NCBI GenBank assembly: GCA_965237675.1
Contig: OZ250150.1
Coordinates: 1,600,001-1,664,000, forward strand
Reading direction: 5' to 3'
Origin: Candidatus Latescibacterota bacterium
GTDB lineage: Bacteria > Latescibacterota > UBA2968 > GCA-2709665
Length of the DNA: 64,000 nt
The translations under genes were made by a program, and so were the position numbers. Under the pieces are notes generated by a model. That model ran no database searches. It was not told where the DNA came from and saw only the letters and a program-made list of their open reading frames with translations. Every line of letters begins with the position of its first letter. Position 1 is the stretch's first letter. Below, in pieces: positions 57,788-64,000 of the stretch.

Positions 57788-59101
57788 CTAGTCGTCGATG
57801 TCCCTAAGTGGAACTACATACTCTCTGTATTGGGATAGAATCTCTATTGAATGAGTCGCCAGTATTAGTTGTGCTTTAACTCCCTTGAGGCACTCCATCA
57901 TGGCACCGACAAGAAGCCGTTGCCACTTGACGTTCAGCGAGAGTTCTGGCTCGTCAACAATGAACACAGTGTTATCTCGACGGGCTTGTATTGCGTTACA
58001 GAACAGCAGGAGTAACTGTTTCTCACCTGACGATAACACGCTCGGGTCGAGGTCTAGCCCGGCAGACGACTTAATCGTGAGCCCTCTGCCAACGTGAATT
58101 GAGACAGACTTTTGAGAGTAGAACTCTCCAAGTAGTGTGACAAAGGTGTCCATGACTTTCTGTAGGTCTTGTAACGCATTAAGGCGCGCCTGATGTCCAT
58201 CGAGATAAGGGGTAAGAACCGAACTCAGGAGAGCAGACTGATTGTCCGCCGCTTCGTCAAGCAGGTCAGAGATTGCGCCTGCATCAAGTTCTGGAACTAG
58301 ACCAAATCTCGCGAATGTCTCATTCCGAGTCCCCAATCCAATAAGGCGTTCATTTAGATCCTGAAGAGACTCGCTGGCGTCCGTCTGTGCGTTTCCCCCA
58401 AACTTTACTAACTGACGAACGATGTCACGGTAGATCGTGTACACAGATGAATATCCAATGTTCGACTGCGATAGTGCTTGTTGCCCAAACGTTTGAATTG
58501 TGTTTCCAATGGTCTGTTCTAATAGAGCCTCGGGGGAGCTGGGGTCGTCCTCATCGCTGTCATTCAACCGTACTCTCCTTCCTGACGAATCTCTAATAAT
58601 CCTGTGTCTTCGTCCCTGTGTGGTTTCGTCATCAACGCGACGATTGTCTGGGAGAAAGTGGAGGCCGATCTTTAGCCCAGCTAGGGCTTCGCAAGCTTGG
58701 CGGTATGCTGGCTCATCGTCTTCGCCCGGTTTGTTTTCTTTCCACTCCCATTTGGTAATCGGTGTTCCGTCTGGATCGCTGATGGTGAGCTCATAGGGAC
58801 CAGGAGCGCTGTCACCTGTACGCTCGACCACGACACGGGTGCCGTCGGTAGCCCAAACTCGGAATCCTTGGAACGGAACCTCGGCAATGTTTGTCTTGTG
58901 TCCTTCAAAGATCCGAGGAGAAAGGAGATGGTACAACAACCTCAGGATTGTCGATTTCCCAGTGCCGTTGTCCCCATACAAAAGCAGTAGCTGGCCGGAC
59001 TCTGGGTCTGATGTCTTCGGTACCATAATATTGTAAGACAAGCTACCAAAGAGACGGGTGATTTCGATTCTCTGAATTAACCTTTGCGTTTTGGATTCCA
59101 T
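57788..59101 (-). CDS. AAA_15/AAA_21 ABC-type ATPase (PARIS AriA-like)
   Basis: I.I..LFG, LYGDNGTGKSTIL, LSSGEKQ, IVDEPELSL..KWQ, ATHS; stop codon abuts the DUF4435 ATG. Confidence 0.85.
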   Translation of the reverse strand: MESKTQRLIQRIEITRLFGSLSYNIMVPKTSDPESGQLLLLYGDNGTGKSTILRLLYHLLSPRIFEGHKTNIAEVPFQGFRVWATDGTRVVVERTGDSAPGPYELTISDPDGTPITKWEWKENKPGEDDEPAYRQACEALAGLKIGLHFLPDNRRVDDETTQGRRHRIIRDSSGRRVRLNDSDEDDPSSPEALLEQTIGNTIQTFGQQALSQSNIGYSSVYTIYRDIVRQLVKFGGNAQTDASESLQDLNERLIGLGTRNETFARFGLVPELDAGAISDLLDEAADNQSALLSSVLTPYLDGHQARLNALQDLQKVMDTFVTLLGEFYSQKSVSIHVGRGLTIKSSAGLDLDPSVLSSGEKQLLLLFCNAIQARRDNTVFIVDEPELSLNVKWQRLLVGAMMECLKGVKAQLILATHSIEILSQYREYVVPLRDIDD

Positions 59102-59121
59102 ACCAATAGCCCTTCACTGAA

Positions 59122-59197
59122 TTACGACGCTGCCCAAAATACCGGTCTATAGCCAAGAACCAAAAGAGGGAAATACGGTTATTTCTGCGAGTTATGC
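59122..59197 (-). other. attC-like site upstream of the PARIS-like pair
   Basis: Minus strand: GCATAAC-TCGCA-GAAATAACCG ... CGGTATTTT-GGGCAGC-GTCGTAA. The L boxes pair with one extrahelical base. The TAA in the R'' box terminates an upstream decayed frame (..FQMHEMEA*). R' is degenerate. Confidence 0.55.
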
Positions 59198-59475
59198 TTC
59201 CATTTCATGCATTTGGAATACTACGTAACAAATGCCGGGATGTGGGTCGATGCTGAACATCTCCGAACTTCCGAGATAATTCTAGCCGGGAGGCTTGTAC
59301 TCCGAATATATCGAAGGATGCCATCCAACGGTCGCATCGTTTGTTATGTAGACCGTTCTCCTGTATACCAGTCAATTCATCCGGCGGGCTCCGCATATTT
59401 GTATTAACCCGATACGTGACCTCGCAGGCGGTGACCGGGGTGTTACAGGAACGGGTTTAAAGTTAACCCTGTATT

Positions 59476-59703
59476 TCAATCGCTGCTCTTCCAAGCGTCC
59501 ACCGACCCTTCTTCCGCGTTCATAAATGACCGAAGCGCATCATTTACGGCTTCCTCGGTTGGAAATGCCTTCGCGACGTCAGGTTGTAGCAAAACCAGGT
59601 TGGTCCCTGATCGGAAAGATTCCAGATACTTTCCACGGACGCCGGGACCGAGATCTTCACGGCGATATTCGGGACGAAGCTCTTCCGGATCAGCCTTCTT
59701 CAT
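59476..59703 (-). CDS. BrnA-like antitoxin; cognate BrnT toxin deleted
   Basis: ELRPEY...GVRGKY...GTNLVLL.PDVA.AFP..EAVN.ALR; an overlapping frame retains only RRRIYEEG*. Confidence 0.75.
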   Translation of the reverse strand: MKKADPEELRPEYRREDLGPGVRGKYLESFRSGTNLVLLQPDVAKAFPTEEAVNDALRSFMNAEEGSVDAWKSSD

Positions 59704-59877
59704 AGATTCTCCTCCTCGACCGATATAATGCATTAAACTCGGAGGGAATGTTGTCTCACTAATATAGGCACAGAGGGGTGGACTCCGATTAATTGAGTTA
59801 TCCTGCTACGTTACTGCGAAGCGGTAACCTTGGTGTAGTGGGCCGTGGAACGCATTGGATCTGGCCCAACTGAACAG

Positions 59878-60111
59878 TCAGGGGATCGCAGGCGAAACAT
59901 CTCTGACATGTAGAATCTCACCCGCCATTGGAGGACGCACGGCGGAATCTTCCAGGGTCAGAACCGCGATAGTGGTACCGCGGGTATCCACGAACTCTAC
60001 TTCCGACGCTCCCTCATCGTCGTATCTATGCACGATCGTACCGACGTCGCCCACCACTAGACCGTGTTCTACTATTGACTCCTTGAGAACTACCAGATCC
60101 AATTCAGTCAT
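59878..60111 (-). CDS. DUF4926-family protein
   Basis: ELDLVVL......HGL..GDVGTIVH.Y.....EVEFV...G.TIAVLTL....VRP. Confidence 0.82.
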   Translation of the reverse strand: MTELDLVVLKESIVEHGLVVGDVGTIVHRYDDEGASEVEFVDTRGTTIAVLTLEDSAVRPPMAGEILHVRDVSPAIP

Positions 60112-60139
60112 CTTGAATAAATCTTCCTTGGTCTGTCTT

Positions 60140-63100
60140 CTACGCAACAACCGCGGCGGCTTTTTCCTTCAGCGCCGGCAGCAACGCTCCGGCCTCCCGC
60201 TCAAGCCTGGCCAGCGCCTTGTCCACGTCTTCAAGATCCCCTTCGTGCGCCATGTTTTCCAGCCGCAGCGCCGCCTCGACGGTCGGATCCGCATGGAAAA
60301 TAGCCGCCGACCCCTTCAGTGTATGGGCCGCGCGTCGCAGCAGGGAGCAATCGCCATGCCCGATAGCCCGTTTCATTTCTTCAAGGTGCTTCGCGTACTC
60401 CGTAACAAACAGGCCGGCCAGTTCACCCAGCATCGCCTCGTTGCCGCCCACCTGGTCCAGGGCCCCCTGCCAATCCAGTGCGCCGCCATCCACGCCAGGC
60501 TCCGACTGCGATGCACTGTCCGATGAGACGTTATTCTCCACAACATCGTAGAGTTGTCCCGCCCTGATCGGCTTGGGGAGATAGTCGTCCATCCCCTGTT
60601 CCAGGCACCGCTCACGGTCTCCCTGCATCACGTGGGCCGTCATCGCCGCAATTCGAATATGTCCCCCCGTCGTCTTCTCCCGTTCCCTGATCATCCGCGT
60701 TGCCTCCAGCCCGTCCATCTCCGGCATCTGAACGTCCATCAGGACCAGATCGAATGCCCCGTTATCCACCGCCGCGAGCGCCTCTCTGCCGTTGTTGACG
60801 AGCGTAACGTGATGGCCGCGCTGCTCGAGTAAGTCCACAATGACTTTCTGGTTCACCATCCCGTCCTCCGCCAACAGGACGCGGCGCCTATCGGCGGGCG
60901 GCAACGGTTCCATTATCTTTGCGATATCTACGGGCTCGATAACGCTCACTTTGAGGGCCGCCAGCGTCGCATCGAGCAGGTCGGACTGCTTGACCGGTTT
61001 TGTCAGACAGCGCGCAAGCCCCAGCGCATCGCACCGGACAACGTCCTGCGTCCTTCCCGCGGACGACAGAATCAGAATCGGTACATCTTTAACGGCGGGA
61101 TCCCGCCGGAGGCGCTCCGCCAGCGCAAACCCGTCCATATCGGGCATCATCGCATCCAACAAAAACAGGTGGAACGGAAAACCGGTCTTGCCAGCCTTTC
61201 GAACTGTATCCAGCGCCGTCGGACCCGAATCCGCGACCTCAATATTCATACCCCAGGTTCCCAGCATCTCCTCGAATATAAACCGGTTTGTACGGTTGTT
61301 GTCCACCACCAGCGCGCGGAGACCCACCAGAGACTGGAGATCGGCCGCCGACCGCTTCGCCATTTGGGGTTGCGCCTCGAAGATCGCTGTGAAATAAAAG
61401 GTACTCCCTTTGTCCAGTTCGCTCTCCAACCACATCCGTCCGCCCATCATCGCGGCCAGCTGAGATGATATAGCCAGGCCCAGTCCCGTTCCTCCAAACC
61501 GCCGGGAAGTTGAAGAATCCACCTGGCTGAAAGAGTCGAAAATCAGCCGCTGATCTTCCGGTTCGATGCCGATGCCCATGTCTCGAACAAAAAACCTCAG
61601 GCAAACCTTCTCCTCTTCCCGTGCGTCCACCTTGACGTCAACCAGCACATCGCCTTTCGCCGTGAACTTGATGGCGTTGTCCACCAGGTTGATCACGATC
61701 TGCCGCAAACGGCCCGGGTCCCCCACCAGCCTGTCCGGAACATCCGGTGAGATATGGCACGCCAACTCCAGCCCCTTTTGTGTGGCTTTCACTGCAAGGG
61801 TCTGCACGGTGTCCCCCAGCGTATCGCTGAGGTCGAAGCCGATTGCTTCCAGTTCCAGCCTGTCCACCTCAAGCTTGGAAAAATCGAGAATGTCGTTCAA
61901 GAGTGCCAGCAATGCCTCAGAAGACTCCCTGCTCAACTTGAGATACTCGCGCTGTTGAGGTGTCAACTCCGTGTTGCCCAGCAACTCCGTCATGCCCATG
62001 ATGCCATTCATCGGCGTGCGAATCTCGTGGCTCATATTGGCCAGAAACTCGCTTTTTGCGCGATTCGCCTTTTCCGCTACGTCTTTTGCTTTCTGCAACT
62101 CCGCCCGCGAGCGCTCCAGGGCGACCGTACTCTTCTTCAGCGCCTCGTTCGCTTCACGCTCGGCGGCTGCCGTTTTCTCCAGTTGCCGGTTCTTTTTCTG
62201 AAGCTGTATCTCGGCGTGCTTGCGCAGCGTGATATCCCGGACCGTACCGATCATATGCACAGACTGCCCCGCCGTGTCGCCGAATACGCGGCCTTTGTTT
62301 CCCAGCCACCGAATCGTCCCGTCCGGCCATACAACCCGGTGCTCGACTTCAAAATCCACGCGTTCCTTGGTCGTCCGCCGCACCGCACTACGGACCATCT
62401 CCCTGTCTTCCGGGTGCACGTATCCATAAAACGCTTCGCGCGTCCCTTCGAAATCTTCCGGGGCAAGGCCGAACAAAGGCGCAACCAGATCCGACCAGAC
62501 CAGTTCCCCGGTCAGCAGGTTGGAATCCCAACTTCCCATATGGGCGGCTTCCATTGCCAGCTTGAGCCGGGCTTCACTCTCTCTCAACGCTCGCTCTGAG
62601 CGCTTCCGCTCGGAATCCAGATAAGCGAGTGACCGCGAGTACCACCAAATCAGGATGTTCAGCGCTACGATCACCCCAAGGGAGAACAGAGACATTCCGG
62701 ATTCGAACCCCAATATCACTTCGCCGTGAGGCCAGAGCCAGCCCAACGCCAGCGGAATCAGGAAGGCGGGCGGCAGCAACCGGCGCGCCATAGAACCGCC
62801 GGCGGTCGAGCTGACGATGGTTGTCGTTGGTTCCAGGTCCGGACGGGACAAAAACATGCCAATGCACAACAGGCCGAATGTGAGCGTTGTGACGGCGCTC
62901 ATTTGAATATCCCATGTCACTTCCCTGGGAGAGAGCGTCAGATAAAAATGTCCAATTGCATAGCCGGACGATACGATTGAGGCGACAGACAGACACGTCA
63001 GCGCCGGCCACGCGCTTCCTTTGACTCTGAATTGCCAGAGAAACAAGGCCAGGCCGATCAGGGCGAAGTTACACGCCTCATCGCGCAACATATGCCCCGC

Positions 63101-63412
63101 ACCTTCCTCGAAACCGATAAATACGGGGCCCGCGCCAACCAGTTCCAGAAATGCGAATACCACCACGACCGCGCTGATTGCCTTCCCCAGGAACTGCCGC
63201 CTGTCGGATGACCTCCCGCTCCGCAGCAGCCACAGCGCGGTGCCGGCCAGTACGAACATCCCAGCCGTCAACAAAGACATCCATTCCGCGACGGGGGCGT
63301 TGACCAGCCATCCGAACAGAACCAGCAGGGACAACAGAACTACGGCCAGGTTCGCCGCTTGTGCGGCTATCGAGGTCAGCCGCACCAGACGAGGGTCGGC
63401 ATCAGTGTTCAT
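60140..63412 (-). CDS. Hybrid sensor histidine kinase (7 TM, PAS, HisKA, HATPase, 2x REC, Hpt)
   Basis: [44 protein letters not shown] and LMDVQMP receivers, AAHTLKGS Hpt. Confidence 0.95.
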   Translation of the reverse strand: MNTDADPRLVRLTSIAAQAANLAVVLLSLLVLFGWLVNAPVAEWMSLLTAGMFVLAGTALWLLRSGRSSDRRQFLGKAISAVVVVFAFLELVGAGPVFIGFEEGAGHMLRDEACNFALIGLALFLWQFRVKGSAWPALTCLSVASIVSSGYAIGHFYLTLSPREVTWDIQMSAVTTLTFGLLCIGMFLSRPDLEPTTTIVSSTAGGSMARRLLPPAFLIPLALGWLWPHGEVILGFESGMSLFSLGVIVALNILIWWYSRSLAYLDSERKRSERALRESEARLKLAMEAAHMGSWDSNLLTGELVWSDLVAPLFGLAPEDFEGTREAFYGYVHPEDREMVRSAVRRTTKERVDFEVEHRVVWPDGTIRWLGNKGRVFGDTAGQSVHMIGTVRDITLRKHAEIQLQKKNRQLEKTAAAEREANEALKKSTVALERSRAELQKAKDVAEKANRAKSEFLANMSHEIRTPMNGIMGMTELLGNTELTPQQREYLKLSRESSEALLALLNDILDFSKLEVDRLELEAIGFDLSDTLGDTVQTLAVKATQKGLELACHISPDVPDRLVGDPGRLRQIVINLVDNAIKFTAKGDVLVDVKVDAREEEKVCLRFFVRDMGIGIEPEDQRLIFDSFSQVDSSTSRRFGGTGLGLAISSQLAAMMGGRMWLESELDKGSTFYFTAIFEAQPQMAKRSAADLQSLVGLRALVVDNNRTNRFIFEEMLGTWGMNIEVADSGPTALDTVRKAGKTGFPFHLFLLDAMMPDMDGFALAERLRRDPAVKDVPILILSSAGRTQDVVRCDALGLARCLTKPVKQSDLLDATLAALKVSVIEPVDIAKIMEPLPPADRRRVLLAEDGMVNQKVIVDLLEQRGHHVTLVNNGREALAAVDNGAFDLVLMDVQMPEMDGLEATRMIREREKTTGGHIRIAAMTAHVMQGDRERCLEQGMDDYLPKPIRAGQLYDVVENNVSSDSASQSEPGVDGGALDWQGALDQVGGNEAMLGELAGLFVTEYAKHLEEMKRAIGHGDCSLLRRAAHTLKGSAAIFHADPTVEAALRLENMAHEGDLEDVDKALARLEREAGALLPALKEKAAAVVA

Positions 63413-63424
63413 ATCAGACCATCC

Positions 63425-63590
63425 TATTGTTCTGTCCCAGAAATAGATTGCCGAAATTCGGCCGCCGAGTCGCCCGGCTGGCAAGGCGCCTGAGCAAGGC
63501 GCCCTGCCCAAGGTCGGCGAGCGAAGGCAACGTAGCGAGACGGGATGAATCGGCGGATGAATGGTAACATATTTCTGGGACGGGACACTA
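63425..63590. mobile_element. MITE family A, longest copy (~165 bp)
   Basis: TA-TTGTTCTGTCCCAGAAATA ... TATTTCTGGGACGGGACAC-TA; no ORF; interior CAAGGCG...GCAACGTAGCGAGACGGG. Confidence 0.82.
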
Positions 63591-64000
63591 TGGGAAGACG
63601 CCCCTCAGGAGTTTCGCCTGAGTCACGCGGTGGATCCCTTCAATCAGCGCCGCCGTACGTATATCCAGCCCATCCCGTTCGGACCGCTGCATCGTCCGTT
63701 GGAACGCGTGGAGCAGTATCTGCCTGAGTCGTTCGTTAATCTCCGCGAGCGTCCACATATAATTCTGCGTGTCCTGCACCCACTCGAAATAGGAAACCGT
63801 AACCCCGCCGGCGTTGCCAAGTACATCCGGCAGAATAAACACCCCTTTTTCCTCCAGAATCTCATCCGCTTCCAGGGACGTGGGCCCGTTGGCGCCCTCG
63901 GCCAGGATTCTGCACCGGATCCGTTCGGCATTGTCCGCGGTGATCTGGTTCTGTATTGCCGCGGGAACAAGGATGTCACAGGGTATTTCGAGCAATTCCG
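63588..64000 (-). CDS. Glu/Leu/Phe/Val dehydrogenase, C-terminal part (runs off the window)
   Basis: [38 protein letters not shown]. Confidence 0.93.
   Translation of the reverse strand, partial: ELLEIPCDILVPAAIQNQITADNAERIRCRILAEGANGPTSLEADEILEEKGVFILPDVLGNAGGVTVSYFEWVQDTQNYMWTLAEINERLRQILLHAFQRTMQRSERDGLDIRTAALIEGIHRVTQAKLLRGVFP

Noticed and set aside
59205-59407. 63-66-aa ORFs from the ORF track
   Set aside because: No motifs. A third frame with an internal stop that ends at the attC-like TAA looks like the real, decayed gene.
15768-63511. Extended N-termini given by the ORF track for UPF0182, Gfo/Idh, pepA and the histidine kinase (e.g. NGDIFLGRDT, YFWDRT peptides)
   Set aside because: They are read-through of MITE sequence; downstream starts that match family N-termini (with a clear RBS for UPF0182 and pepA) were used instead.
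1-64000. tRNA, rRNA, integrase or transposase genes
   Set aside because: None recognised by eye; tRNAscan-SE/Infernal would be needed to exclude small RNAs.

Overview
GC-rich bacterial chromosomal window with about 55 recognisable CDS. No rRNA, tRNA, CRISPR array, intact transposase or integrase was seen. Bases 1-47.3 kb are mostly housekeeping and metabolic genes: a beta-oxidation operon, msrAB, rlmB-like methyltransferase, UPF0182, AlsT, TauE, an MgtE cluster, pyrE, sulfatase, pepA, epmA-like and modBC. They are preceded by a 1365-aa NACHT/STAND NTPase with a C-terminal PD-(D/E)XK-like nuclease, a candidate defence gene. Bases 47.4-60.1 kb are an accessory tract of short, almost all minus-strand genes punctuated by degenerate attC-like sites, most likely a decaying integron cassette array without an integrase in view. 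That tract holds a PARIS-like AAA ATPase + DUF4435 pair with a third unknown gene, two intact TA pairs and several antitoxins whose toxins are deleted or absent. Intergenic DNA carries at least four families of small palindromic elements. These include a ~165-bp MITE with 19-bp TIRs and a ~23-nt REP-like unit nested inside itself up to four deep, and also inside the MITE and an attC-like site. Other oddities: EpmA with a LysRS-like N-terminal OB-fold, three tandem small beta-barrel paralogs, a 1-nt frameshift in msrAB, an in-frame internally deleted ybdK, and an SDR with Tyr->Ser at its catalytic position. All family assignments come from motif recognition by eye; no database searches were run.
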